DNA of 64,000 nucleotides. Origin: an uncultured delta proteobacterium (GTDB lineage: Bacteria; Myxococcota_A; Polyangia; Palsa-1104). The notes beneath the pieces are model-generated. The model had not been told where the DNA came from and searched no databases. It saw only the letters and a program-made list of their open reading frames with translations. The stretch is from the NCBI GenBank assembly GCA_963785725.1, contig CAWAWS010000020.1, positions 160,001 through 224,000 of the forward strand, given 5' to 3'. The position numbers and the translations under genes are program-made. This document shows positions 30,344 through 41,390 of the stretch, in pieces. Positions within the stretch are counted from its first letter, which is position 1, and the number at the start of each line of letters is the position of its first letter.

Positions 30344-30598
30344 ATGGAAGACAAGATCAAGCGCATCCGCTGCGGCACCAAGAAGTGCACCGGCTTCATC
30401 GACACCCGCCTCTCGACGACGCCGAAGACCAAAGACGGCAACTGGCAGTTCCATTGCACGGTCTGCAACTTCTGGAGCCTCTTGTCGGAGGGCGGCCAGA
30501 TGACCGCCACGTCCAAAGAAGCGTTCGATCTCGAGCGGCTGCCGACGCGGCTGCGGGTCCCGTATCAAGTCACGCGCAGCCCCGACGGCGGCACGTAA
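30344..30598 (+). CDS. Small putative zinc-ribbon protein
   Basis: CGTKKC and CTVC pairs; GC3-rich codons. Confidence 0.65.
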   Translation: MEDKIKRIRCGTKKCTGFIDTRLSTTPKTKDGNWQFHCTVCNFWSLLSEGGQMTATSKEAFDLERLPTRLRVPYQVTRSPDGGT

Positions 30599-30846
30599 CA
30601 GCGACGAGCATCACGCTGGCAGCCGCTGCCTTCCCGGCAATTTGGCGGACGCCACGCAGCGCGCAAGAAACTGGCGCTGGACCTTCCGCCGAGCCTGAGC
30701 GATCATTAGATAGCGTTAGCGTTTTTGTAAGCTACGCTTCTTCTTCCCGGTTCTGTCCGCACGCGACACGCTTCGTGTTCCTGCCACGCTTCGACGAATT
30801 GCCGTTGCCGTCAGCTCGAAGTCCGACATCGAAATGGAGGATTTCA

Positions 30847-31044
30847 ATGGCCAAGGACAAGGATCCGAACGAGCGCGAGGAAGCCGCCACCGAGAGCAGC
30901 GAGAGCCCGGCCGAGAACGAGGCCGCGCCCGCGGACGAGATCGTCCGCACCATCACCGTCGAGGCGCCGCGACCACCGCGCATCGCCAACATCGGTAGTG
31001 GGCTCATCAAGAGCAGCCCGAACAAGATCCGCTACGTAAACTGA
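30847..31044 (+). CDS. Small hypothetical protein (65 aa; acidic N-terminus, basic C-terminus)
   Basis: TGGAGG RBS, ATG at 30847, GC3-rich codons. Confidence 0.65.
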   Translation: MAKDKDPNEREEAATESSESPAENEAAPADEIVRTITVEAPRPPRIANIGSGLIKSSPNKIRYVN

Positions 31045-31210
31045 AGCGGCGCTCGCCGCTCGATTGACGAGGTCGAAGGTGGCTCGGGACCGCTCGCGTC
31101 GGTCTCGGGCCGCTTTGCGTCCGCTGTCTGCCGCGCGGTGACGATCGCGCGCGGACGCGCTTGGGAGCGCACGCACGTGAATAGGCCGCGGGCAATGTCG
31201 TTGATCATTC

Positions 31211-31624
31211 ATGCCTCGACCGCTCTTACTGCACACATGGCTCGGACGCCCGATGGTCCTCGCGCTTACGACCTTGGCCGGAATGACGCTCGTCGGATTC
31301 ATGCTCTACGCGGCCCTGCGCGTGAATCAGTCGTGCGGCTGCGCAATTCCCCGGCATGGACGTCCGGGGACTCGGATCATCATGCACACCGTGCAAGAGG
31401 CCCTCGTGCACTATCAGGCCGATCACGGCGAGAGCTGCCCACCGTCACTGGACGCGCTCGTCGCCGAGGGCTATCTCACGCAGACACCGCGCGACACCTG
31501 GGGCAATGCGCTCATGTACCGCTGCCGCACGCCGGCGCGCGATCCCTTCCGTATCGCCGAGCTCATCTCGGCCGGTCCCGATGGCCACTTCTATACCAAC
31601 GACGACATCTATGACGACGACTGA
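31211..31624 (+). CDS. GspG-like (T2SSG domain) protein, orphan
   Basis: N-terminal TM; ALVHYQADHG..PPSLDALV..DTWGN..ELISAGPDG..DDI. Confidence 0.75.
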   Translation: MPRPLLLHTWLGRPMVLALTTLAGMTLVGFMLYAALRVNQSCGCAIPRHGRPGTRIIMHTVQEALVHYQADHGESCPPSLDALVAEGYLTQTPRDTWGNALMYRCRTPARDPFRIAELISAGPDGHFYTNDDIYDDD

Positions 31625-31626
31625 GG

Positions 31627-33186
31627 TCAGTGACTGTTGGTGTCGACGACGACGCTCGGCTTCGGGCGCTTCATGAGCAGGATGAGCCCGCTGGCGAGCA
31701 AGAATGCGATGGCGAGCGACATGAAGTTGCCGTTGAACGCGCGCAACAACGCTTGACCGCTGATGCGCTGCTGCAGAATCGCCAGCGCGGCTTGCGTCGG
31801 ATCGGCGAGCCGCGCGCCCGGCCCGTGCGCCAGCTGCCGCAGCTGATCGGCCGCCTGCGCGCTGAAGGCGTCGACGTGGCTCGTGATGAACGTGAAGTTT
31901 CGCTTGCTGCCGCGATCGAGCATCGTGCTCATCCAGGCCGTGCCGATGGAGGCGCCGAGCTCGCGCGTCAGGTTGAACAGCGCCGTGCCCGCCGGTCGCT
32001 GCGCCGGCGTCAGCGACGCGACGGCCAGGAACGTCAGCGGCACGAAGCCGAAGCCGGTGCCGATGGCGCGGATGAACAGCGGGCGCACGATGGTGCTCAT
32101 GCTGGCGTCGTTCGTCAGGTGCGCGTTGAGCCACAGGCTCGTGAAGATGCCGAGATTGGCGATGATGAGCAGTCGCCGCGGGTCGACGCGCGTCACCAAG
32201 CGGCCGGCGAGCGGGAAGATCAGGATCTGAATCCAGCTGCCGAGCAAGAAGACGCGGCCGATGTCGAGCGCGCGGTAGTGCATGATCGTGCCGCAATAGA
32301 GCGACAACAACAGCGAGCCGGCGAAGATGGCGGTGCCGACGAGGAAGTTGAGCGTCGTGGCCGCCGCGTAGCCGCGATTGGCGAACACGCGTAAGTCGAC
32401 GACGGGATGCGGCGTCTCCAATTCGTGGCTGATGAAGCCGGTGAGCGCGATGGCGGCGACGACGGCGAGCAGCGTGATCAGCGGATCGTCGAACCAGCCG
32501 TTGCGATTGCCCTCTTCGAGCACGTATTGCAAGGAGACCATGCCGATGGCCAAGAGCGCGATGCCGAAGCGATCGACGGGCGCTTTGTCGGCGACGAAGC
32601 CGGGCTGCTTGATCTGCGTCCACGCGACATAGGCGGCGAAGAGGCCGATGGGGATGTTGACGAAGAAGATCCAATGCCAGCTCGACCAATCGACGAGGTA
32701 GCCGCCGATGGTCGGGCCGAGCAGCGGGCCGGTGATGGCGCCCATGCCGAAGAGCGCGCCGGCCATGCCGTGCTGCCGCTCGGGATAACGCGAAAAGAGG
32801 ACGCTCTGCGACGTCGGAATGATCGCGCCGCCGCCGAGGCCCTGCAGAATGCGGAACACGACGAGCGACAAGAGGTTCCACGACAGGCCGCACAAGACGC
32901 TGGCGGCCGTGAAGATGAGGATCGAGGCCGCGTAATAGCGACGAAAGCCGAAGCGCTTGAGCAGCCAGCCCGACATCGGGATGATCGTGATGTTCGCCAT
33001 CGCGTAGGCCGTCGACACCCAGGCGATCTGGTCGAGCGGCGTGCCGAAGTTGGCGCGGATGTCGTTGAGCGCGACGTTGACGATCGAGATGTCGAGGAAC
33101 GCCATCAAGCCCGCGGCCATGGCGCCGATGGTGATGAGCGTCTTGTTGCCGCGTAAGAGCGTGCCCTCGTCGTCGTCGCGGCTCAT
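31627..33186 (-). CDS. emrB: DHA2/EmrB-family MFS efflux permease
   Basis: LDISIVNVAL, FRILQGLGGG, GPTIGG, WIFFVNIPIG. Confidence 0.92.
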   Translation of the reverse strand: MSRDDDEGTLLRGNKTLITIGAMAAGLMAFLDISIVNVALNDIRANFGTPLDQIAWVSTAYAMANITIIPMSGWLLKRFGFRRYYAASILIFTAASVLCGLSWNLLSLVVFRILQGLGGGAIIPTSQSVLFSRYPERQHGMAGALFGMGAITGPLLGPTIGGYLVDWSSWHWIFFVNIPIGLFAAYVAWTQIKQPGFVADKAPVDRFGIALLAIGMVSLQYVLEEGNRNGWFDDPLITLLAVVAAIALTGFISHELETPHPVVDLRVFANRGYAAATTLNFLVGTAIFAGSLLLSLYCGTIMHYRALDIGRVFLLGSWIQILIFPLAGRLVTRVDPRRLLIIANLGIFTSLWLNAHLTNDASMSTIVRPLFIRAIGTGFGFVPLTFLAVASLTPAQRPAGTALFNLTRELGASIGTAWMSTMLDRGSKRNFTFITSHVDAFSAQAADQLRQLAHGPGARLADPTQAALAILQQRISGQALLRAFNGNFMSLAIAFLLASGLILLMKRPKPSVVVDTNSH

Positions 33187-34466
33187 TTTGCCGCCACTTT
33201 CGTCGGCTGCTCGACGGTCTTGACGGTGACGTCGGCGCTCATGCCCGGGCGCAGCTCGACCTGCGACGTGTCGTCGAGCCGAATGAGCACGGGCACGCGC
33301 TGCACGACTTTGACGAAGTTGCCGGTGGCGTTGTCGGGCGGCAAGAGCGCGAAGCGGGCGCCGGTGCCGCCGGCGAAGCTCTCGACGTGCCCGGCGAACG
33401 TGCGCCGCCCGAACGTGTCGAAGCGGACTTCGGCGGGCTGCCCGCGCTTCATGTCGGCGAGCTGGTCTTCTTTGAAGTTGGCGACGATCCAGACGTCGTC
33501 GAGCGGCACGACGGCGGCCAGCGGCCGCTCGGGGCTGACCCACTGGCCGGCCTCGACCGAGCGGCGCGAGATGACCCCGCGACGCGGCGCGCGCACCGTC
33601 GTGTACGAGAGGTCGAGCTCGGCCAGCTTGAGCGCCGCCTGCGCCTGCTGCACGCGCGCGTCGGCCAGCGCCAGCGCCGCCTTGGCCGACGCGACCTGCT
33701 CGTTCGCCGTCGCCGCCGCGTCGAGGCGGCCGCGCGCCAAGACGATGCCGCCGCCCGAGCCGGCGCGCGCCGCTTCCGCCGACGCCAGCCGCGCCCGCGC
33801 CAAACGCTCGTCGGCGACGGCGCTGTCGAACGTGGTCTGCCGCTCGTCCATCTGCTGTTGCGGCAGCGCGTGATCGGCGACGAGCGACCGCGCGCGCGTA
33901 AGGTTCAGCGTCGCCAGCTGCCGCTTGGATTCGGCGGCAGCGATGTCGGCGCGCGCCTGCTCGATGGTCGCCTCCGCCGACGTCAGCGACGACGACGCAG
34001 CCGTCAGACCGCCGCGCGCCTGCTGCAGCGTCGCCGGCGCCGTCTTTTGCGTCAGCGCCAACGCCGAGCGCGCCCCCGCCGCCGCCGCCTCGGCCGCCGC
34101 CAAGTTGGCCCGCGCGACCTCGACTTTGGCGGTGAAATCGGCCGGATCGAGCTCGACCAGCACCTCGCCCGCTTCGACACGCTGGTTGTCCTCGACGTGG
34201 ATGCGCAGCACCTGACCGGCCACGCGCGCCGAGACGTTCAAGAGGCGCCCTTCGACCTGCGCGTCGTCGGTCGACTCCTGGCCGCGCGTCAAGAGCCACC
34301 AGCTGCCGGCAATGATGACAGCCGTCATCGATAGCACCGCCAGCAAGAGCGGCGTCCGCTTGCGCTTGGGCTTGCCGATCACCGCCACCGCCGGCGGCGC
34401 CAAGGTAGCCGCCGCCGCGGGCGCCGAGGCCGAATCGACCGGCATGACGTTCGTCGCTGTGCTCAT
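33183..34466 (-). CDS. emrA: EmrA/HlyD-family membrane fusion protein
   Basis: STDDAQV, coiled coil, ANFKE, FALLPPDNATGNFVKVVQRVPV. Confidence 0.92.
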   Translation of the reverse strand: MSTATNVMPVDSASAPAAAATLAPPAVAVIGKPKRKRTPLLLAVLSMTAVIIAGSWWLLTRGQESTDDAQVEGRLLNVSARVAGQVLRIHVEDNQRVEAGEVLVELDPADFTAKVEVARANLAAAEAAAAGARSALALTQKTAPATLQQARGGLTAASSSLTSAEATIEQARADIAAAESKRQLATLNLTRARSLVADHALPQQQMDERQTTFDSAVADERLARARLASAEAARAGSGGGIVLARGRLDAAATANEQVASAKAALALADARVQQAQAALKLAELDLSYTTVRAPRRGVISRRSVEAGQWVSPERPLAAVVPLDDVWIVANFKEDQLADMKRGQPAEVRFDTFGRRTFAGHVESFAGGTGARFALLPPDNATGNFVKVVQRVPVLIRLDDTSQVELRPGMSADVTVKTVEQPTKVAAK

Positions 34467-34477
34467 CGTCGTCGTCC

Positions 34478-35706
<1,229 letters not shown>

Positions 35707-35710
<4 letters not shown>

Positions 35711-36405
35711 GACTTGGCCTCCCCAAAGTTGTCGTGGTTGCCGTCGCTGCCGTCGTCGTTGCCGCGGTCGCTCAGCCACTGCCGTCCGAGCGCGCGACAC
35801 GCCTGCAAGATCTCGTCGGACAGCGGCGTGCCGCGCAGCGCGCGCGCCAGGCTCAGCCCGCCGTACATGAGCGCGATCAGCGCCACCGCCGTCAGCCGCG
35901 GCGCCCGCAGCGTCGCCGGCAGGTGCGCCTGCAGCGTGCCGACGAGCAGCCCGACCTGCTCGGTCAGCACCGGCCGATGCGCCTCCGCCGTCGTCGCCAC
36001 TTCGCTCGTCACCGCCGGCAGCGCGCAGCCGAGCCCCTCTTGATTGCGATCGCGATGCGCCACCGACAAGTAACGCTCGATCAGCTCGAGGCCACGCACC
36101 TCGGGCGGCAGCGCGTCGATGCCGTCGAAGAGCCGAGTGCGCAAGCCCATGCCCGCGCGCCGCAGCGTCGCGTCGATGAGCTCCTCTTTGGAGCCGAAGT
36201 GCGCGTAAAAGCCGCCGACGGTCAGCCCGGCCGCGTGCATGACGTCGGCGATGCGCGCGCCGGCGATCCCGCGCTGCCGCAAGAGCCGCGCCGCCGCGTC
36301 GAGGATGCTCTCGTGCGTCGCGTCCTTCTTGTCCGCCGGCCGGCTCGGCCGCTCCGCGGCGCCGCGCGGCTCGGCCGCTCGGCTTTGTGCTTGCGCGCTC
36401 TTCAT
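35707..36405 (-). CDS. TetR-family transcriptional regulator
   Basis: [33 protein letters not shown] helix-turn-helix. Confidence 0.92.
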
Positions 36406-36423
36406 GACCGCCTCGCCTTCGTC

Positions 36424-36449
36424 TTACGATAGAAATATTATCATCGTAA
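36424..36449. promoter_or_regulatory. Palindromic operator candidate for the TetR regulator
   Basis: TTACGAT-N12-ATCGTAA in AT-rich DNA, 18 bp upstream of the tetR start. Confidence 0.6.
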
Positions 36450-36492
36450 TATCGAAGTCAAGCCATTCGCGAAGCAATGTCGCAAGCAATGG

Positions 36493-36834
36493 TTATTCGT
36501 CGTTATTTCGCGAAGTGCGAGACAGGGCGCGGGCGAGCGCGGCCAGCGCCGCGGCGAACAGCGGGCCGGGAATGGCCAGCGCGTCGGCATCCGCAGTCTC
36601 GAGGATGAACCAGTCGTTGCCGATGACGTCGACCGGCATGCGCAGCCGCAAGCGGCGCAGGTGCGCCGGCCGGCCGTCGGCGAGCGTCAGCGCGACCCTG
36701 TCGTCGTCGGGCGGACCGGGCGGCAGCGCCAGCGGCTTGCCGTAGCGGGCGAAGAGGCCGGAGATCGTCGCCGGCGGCATGGTGCGCGCCAGCTCCAGCG
36801 CCTCGCGCACGGGGTCGCCTTCGTCGTCGATCAT
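36493..36834 (-). CDS. Hypothetical protein (113 aa)
   Basis: ATG at 36834 follows the SDR stop; plausible coding composition. Confidence 0.55.
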   Translation of the reverse strand: MIDDEGDPVREALELARTMPPATISGLFARYGKPLALPPGPPDDDRVALTLADGRPAHLRRLRLRMPVDVIGNDWFILETADADALAIPGPLFAAALAALARALSRTSRNNDE

Positions 36835-36857
36835 CCGCGCCGTTGTACCACTTCGGG

Positions 36858-37520
36858 CTAAAGGCGCGTCAAACCGCCGTCGACGACGATCTCCTCGCCG
36901 GTCATGAACGACGAGTCGTCGCAGGCCAAGAACAGCGCCGCGCGCGCCACCTCCTCGACCGTCCCCATGCGCCGCAGCGGAATCCGCGGCCGCCGGCGAC
37001 CGCTCGTGCTCGGCCGCGAAGTCCGGCGTCGGCGCCATCTTGTCGAGAATGCCGCTGTCGGTCGGCCCCGGGCTGACCGCGTTGACGCGCACGCCGCGTT
37101 CGGCCAACTCGCCCGCCGCCGTCCGCGCCGGCGAGCGCAACGCCGCCTTCGACGCCGCGTAGACGCTGGTGTTGGGCATCCCGAGCACGCCGTTGATCGA
37201 CGTGTTGAGCACGACCGCGCCGCCGCGCCGCAGCAGCGGAATCGCCGCCTTCAGCGCCAGCCACGGCCCTTTGACGTTGAGCCGAAACGTGTCGTCGAAC
37301 TCGCTCTCCGGCAGCTGCAAGATCGAGCCGTACGGCACTTTACCGGCGTTCAAGAAGAGCACATCGAGACCACCCCAGCGCTGCTCGACGTCGGCGGACA
37401 GCCGGCGAATCTGCGCGCCATCGCCGGCGTCCGACTGCACGACCGCGGCCACGCCCGCCAACGTCACGCGCGCTCGCTCGAGCGTCGCCGGGTTGGCGCC
37501 GGTGACGAGCCGGAAGGATA
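36858..37520 (-). pseudogene. 5'-truncated, frameshifted short-chain dehydrogenase (SDR)
   Basis: LDVLFLNAG, YAASK and VNAVSPGP are present. After a frameshift near 37000 comes IPLRRMG..SSFMTGEEIVVDGG. The N-terminal TGxxxGIG segment and a start codon are missing. Confidence 0.8.
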
Positions 37521-37574
37521 GCGTTCTAGACCAACTGGTCAAATATGATTGAAGCAGCTGCGAAAGCGGACGAG

Positions 37575-37835
37575 CTACAGGACTTTGCCGCCCTTGCTCG
37601 TGCACTCGTCGGCGCTGGCGGACTCGACCCAGCCTTTGCCTTTGCAGTCGTTCTTGGCTTTGCAGGCGTTTTCGTTGCCTTTGCACGAGCCTTGGCCTTT
37701 GCACGCGTTGATGCCGCTGCACTGCACCGCCGCCGTCGGGGTCGTGGTTGTCTTGCCCGCTTGGCTGCCGGCACAGCCGATGAAACCTGCCGCCGCCATG
37801 GCAATCAATGCACCCTTGCTCGAAACCTTGGTCAT
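37575..37835 (-). CDS. Bufferin-like (BufA2-type) Cys-rich periplasmic peptide, possibly lipidated
   Basis: Signal peptide then CSGINACKGQGSC..NACKAKNDCKGKGW..C..KGG; GGAGG RBS. Confidence 0.8.
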   Translation of the reverse strand: MTKVSSKGALIAMAAAGFIGCAGSQAGKTTTTPTAAVQCSGINACKGQGSCKGNENACKAKNDCKGKGWVESASADECTSKGGKVL

Positions 37836-37861
37836 GTGCGCCTCCGCGTCGTTGTATGCAG

Positions 37862-37887
37862 TACGAGACAGCCGGCACTTCGGTTTC
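37862..37887 (-). promoter_or_regulatory. Candidate ECF-sigma promoter of the bufferin-like gene
   Basis: The minus strand reads GAAACC-N16-CGTA, 26 bp before the ATG. Confidence 0.45.
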
Positions 37888-37893
37888 GCTTTT

Positions 37894-38856
37894 TCAGCGT
37901 GCCAGCGAATCCATGCGATCGAGCAGCCGCGACTTCAGCTCGGTCGTCACCGGCTTCGGCCCCAGCCACGCCGTCCACAAGTCGTGCACGATGCGCTGGT
38001 TCTTGGGCCCGGTGCGCGTAAAGCCCTTGCCGACGTGGACGAAGATTTCGCCGTCGGCGTCGGTGTGCAGGTGCAGCTCGTCGCCCGGCTTCATGTCGCG
38101 ATCGAACAGCGCCAAGAAGGCCTCGGCGTCGCGGCGCAGCTCCGGCGTCGCCGACGACTTCGTGTCATCGGCCAGCGCGTCGCGATAGATGTCGCGCAGC
38201 TTGGCCACCGTCATCGCCTTCTCGAAGTAGAAGACGGCGTGCTTGCCGAAGTCGCCGAGCACGATGAACTGCGGCGCCTGATCGTTGCGAAACAGCGACG
38301 CGTGGTCGGTGCCGCCCGCTTGCGCCACCAGCCGCGCGAACTGCGACCGCGCCGGCTCGTCCTCGACATAGAGCGCCATCGAATAGATCTTGGCCATGTT
38401 GCCGGCGCCGAGGAGCGCGTACTCCTTGTCGCCGATGTTCATGGAGGTGGGGAACGAGTGGCGCGTCACCGGCTCGACATAGGGAAACACGGCGCGTTTG
38501 GGCGGCGGCGGCGCGGCCGGCGTCGGCGCCGCTCGGGCGCGCTCGAGCACCTCGATGCGCGCACGCACGGCCGGCTCGTCCTTGGCGTCGTGCGCCGGCA
38601 GGGCCAGGTAGCGGCGATAGGCGGCCAGCGCCTCGTCGGACGCGCCGGCTTTGTCGTACGCCGACGCGATGTCATACGTGAACGCCGGCAGCGGCTGCGC
38701 CGCGAACGCGCGCTCGTAGTCGGTCGCGGCCTCGCGAAAGTGGCCCGCTTCGAACGCTTTGGTCCCGGCGTCGTAAAAGCGCTTGGCGGCGTCGGCGGCG
38801 TCGTCCGCGTGGGCGAGCGTGGCGACCAACAGGAGCGGCAAGATCAGTCTACGCAT
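37894..38856 (-). CDS. Secreted TPR + chalcone-isomerase-like domain protein
   Basis: Signal peptide ..LAHA|D; TPR helices; LLGAG..KIYSMALY..LWTAWLGPKPV..LK..LL. Confidence 0.7.
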   Translation of the reverse strand: MRRLILPLLLVATLAHADDAADAAKRFYDAGTKAFEAGHFREAATDYERAFAAQPLPAFTYDIASAYDKAGASDEALAAYRRYLALPAHDAKDEPAVRARIEVLERARAAPTPAAPPPPKRAVFPYVEPVTRHSFPTSMNIGDKEYALLGAGNMAKIYSMALYVEDEPARSQFARLVAQAGGTDHASLFRNDQAPQFIVLGDFGKHAVFYFEKAMTVAKLRDIYRDALADDTKSSATPELRRDAEAFLALFDRDMKPGDELHLHTDADGEIFVHVGKGFTRTGPKNQRIVHDLWTAWLGPKPVTTELKSRLLDRMDSLAR

Positions 38857-38900
38857 CGGCGCGATCATATACGCTTACGAGGGCTTCGGGTTACGCGGCG

Positions 38901-39062
38901 AGGGGGCGTCCCTAATTCCCGGACCGAGGCGAACCGTCGCGAGGAGCCCGAAATGCTAGGAACGATGAGGGAGCTGGCCCGTAGGCCAGCGACCGAAGAG
39001 TGACGACGCAGTTCGGGCCCGCAGCAGGTTCGCCGACGGGAGGGAACTACGGACGCCCCCTA
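38901..39062 (-). repeat. Long palindromic intergenic element (REP/MITE-like), copy 2
   Basis: Nested arms AGGGGGCGTCC/GGACGCCCCCT, GGCGAACC/GGTTCGCC, GCCCGAA/TTCGGGC, and an inner hairpin GCTGGCC-CGTA-GGCCAGC. Confidence 0.75.
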
Positions 39063-40214
39063 ATAGAACGCCAGCTGCGGCGCCAGCGCCGGTGACGGGA
39101 ACGTGGCGAGCTGCGGCGTGTCGCGCGGGTTGGACACGTCGAACACGCGCACGACCGCGGCCGCGTCGTCGCCGAGGTAGGCGTGGCGGCGCACCGAATC
39201 CCAGGCGACGCCGCCAAATCCGGCGCTGCCGCCGGCGTCGATGACGCGCGTGGCCGTGCCCGAGTCGAGCTCGAGGCGGTACAAGCTGTCGGGCGCGCCG
39301 GCGACGCCGGGGCTGACGGCGAGGACGAAGTCGTCGCCGATGGCCGCGAAATCCGTCGCCGAAAACGGCCGATTGCCCGCGCCGGCGGCGCCGATCATCG
39401 TCATCACCGACGGCGTCGCGGCACCGATGTTGACGAGCGCGATGGCCGACTCCGCCAGGCGATTGTCGGGCGTGTCGTTGGGATCGCCGGCGCAGCCGAC
39501 GACCAGATCTCTCGTCGCCGGCAGATAGTCGAGCCCCGAGCAGCCCTTGAACGCCGGCAGGTCGACGACGAGGCTGACGGCGTCCGTCTTCGGATCGACG
39601 GCGACGACGCGGCCGTGACCGACCGTCTTGCCGTCGGCGCTGCGATTGCCGAGCGAGACCCATACTTTGCCGTTGGCGACGAGCGCGCGATCGGGCTGCG
39701 CCTGCACGTCGGCGTTGGTCGCCTGCCCGCTCAAGTCGACGCGCCCGACGATGGCGCCGGCGCTGGGATCGACGATCAACAGATCGGCGCCGGCATCATC
39801 GGCGACGACGCCGGGCGTCGGATTCGTCGCCGCGCGCGTGACATAGGCCTTCGTCGCCGAGAGGCTCACGACGTCGTGCGGATCGGCCGCGAACCCGGTG
39901 CCGACCGCCAGCGTCTGCACGACGTGACAGCTCGCGGGCGCAATCCACAAGAGCTGCGCATTCAGCCGATCGACGAGCAGGATCTGATGATCGAGCGCCG
40001 GCGTCGACGGCAACACGACGTCGCCCGACAGACCGGCCGACAGGCATTGGCTCGCGCGCGTGTTCGAGGCCGGGTCGGCCAGCGACAACGTCACGTGCGC
40101 GCCCTCGTTGCCGAGCAGCGCCAAGCCGACCGCGCCCTGCCCCGACTTGGGGCTGTCGTCACTGGCGCTGCAGCCGGCGACGACGATCACGAGCACGGGC
40201 CCAATCCATCTCAC
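39060..40214 (-). CDS. Beta-propeller lipoprotein
   Basis: GAGGAG RBS, GTG start, lipobox VAGC, blades such as DPHDVV..KAYVTR and VVAVDP. Confidence 0.75.
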   Translation of the reverse strand: MRWIGPVLVIVVAGCSASDDSPKSGQGAVGLALLGNEGAHVTLSLADPASNTRASQCLSAGLSGDVVLPSTPALDHQILLVDRLNAQLLWIAPASCHVVQTLAVGTGFAADPHDVVSLSATKAYVTRAATNPTPGVVADDAGADLLIVDPSAGAIVGRVDLSGQATNADVQAQPDRALVANGKVWVSLGNRSADGKTVGHGRVVAVDPKTDAVSLVVDLPAFKGCSGLDYLPATRDLVVGCAGDPNDTPDNRLAESAIALVNIGAATPSVMTMIGAAGAGNRPFSATDFAAIGDDFVLAVSPGVAGAPDSLYRLELDSGTATRVIDAGGSAGFGGVAWDSVRRHAYLGDDAAAVVRVFDVSNPRDTPQLATFPSPALAPQLAFY

Positions 40215-40357
40215 GCGGCGGCTCTCCTCGATGCGAAACCCTACAGAAAACAAGCGCCGCCACACCATTTGTCAAGGCGAAGCAGTCGCGAAAACGACAC
40301 CGGCGACGCTGCCGAAGCGCGATCTGGTGCCGCCTCGGTCGTGCTATAGCCTCCGGC

Positions 40358-41380
40358 ATGGCGGCCAACGACCTCCCGATCCTCGCGTTCGTCCTCAAGA
40401 ACTACAAGAACTTCAACTCGCGCGCGACGCGTGACGCGCTCGTCGCCTATTGGCGCCACATCGAGCGCGGCGGCAAGATGTTCTGGGCCGTCGCCGGCGC
40501 CATGTCCTCGGCGCAGCTCGGCATCACGCTGGCGCCCGCGATTCGCGAGGGTCTCATCCACGGCATGTCGGTCACCGGCGCCAACCTCGAGGAGTCGCTC
40601 TTCCGCCTCGTCGCCAACCACAGCTACAAAGACTTCCCCGAATATCGCTACATGACGAAGCAGGACGACACCAAGATCTTGAACGATCGCATGCGTCGCG
40701 TCACCGACACGTCGATCCCCGAGGACGAAGCCTTCCGCGCCGTCGAGAAATACATCGTGCCGATGTGGAAGAACGCGACCGAAAGCAACAATCGGCGCTT
40801 CTGGCACGAATACTTCTACGAGATGATTCAGGCCATCGGACCCGAGCTGCATGAAGGCGCGGTCGACGAATGCTGGCTGCTCGCCGCCGCCAAGGCCAAG
40901 CTGCCGATCGTCGTGCCCGGCCACGAAGACTCGACGTTCGGCAACATCTTCGCCTCGCACGTGAAGCTCAAGGAGTGCTCGGCGCTCGTCGTCAAGTCGG
41001 GCATCGAGTACATGGCCGAGTTTTACGACCAATATCGCGAGCTCTCGGCCGGTCCCGGCATCGGCTTCTTCCAGATCGGCGGCGGCATCGCCGGCGACTT
41101 CCCGATCTGTGTCGTGCCGTCGATCAAGTACGACCTCGCCGAGCCGGTCAAGCCGTGGGCCTACTTCTGCCAGATCTCGGACTCGACGACGTCTTACGGC
41201 TCGTATTCGGGTGCGACGCCGAACGAGAAGATCACCTGGGACAAGCTGACCGAGGAGACGCCGATGTTCGTCGTCGAGTCGGACGCGACGATCGTGGCGC
41301 CGCTGATGCTGTCGGCGCTGCTCGAGTGCAAGCGCAACCCGGCGGGCGCCAACGCGGCGCTGAAGGCGGCGGGGCTGTAA
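40358..41380 (+). CDS. Deoxyhypusine synthase-like protein (probable homospermidine synthase)
   Basis: AGAMSSA, TGANLEE, EDSTFGN, IGGG, SYSGATPNEKITWDK. Confidence 0.9.
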   Translation: MAANDLPILAFVLKNYKNFNSRATRDALVAYWRHIERGGKMFWAVAGAMSSAQLGITLAPAIREGLIHGMSVTGANLEESLFRLVANHSYKDFPEYRYMTKQDDTKILNDRMRRVTDTSIPEDEAFRAVEKYIVPMWKNATESNNRRFWHEYFYEMIQAIGPELHEGAVDECWLLAAAKAKLPIVVPGHEDSTFGNIFASHVKLKECSALVVKSGIEYMAEFYDQYRELSAGPGIGFFQIGGGIAGDFPICVVPSIKYDLAEPVKPWAYFCQISDSTTSYGSYSGATPNEKITWDKLTEETPMFVVESDATIVAPLMLSALLECKRNPAGANAALKAAGL

Positions 41381-41390
41381 GCGTCTCCTC

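Noticed and set aside
31211..31624. Type II secretion cluster, or a partner of the Flp-HINT protein
   Set aside because: It is an isolated gene without a clear prepilin cleavage motif, no other gsp genes are present, and it is about 23 kb from the Flp locus.
38901..39062. Riboswitch or known ncRNA
   Set aside because: I recognise no riboswitch consensus. Its core matches two other stop-codon-adjacent palindromes, so a repeat family fits better.
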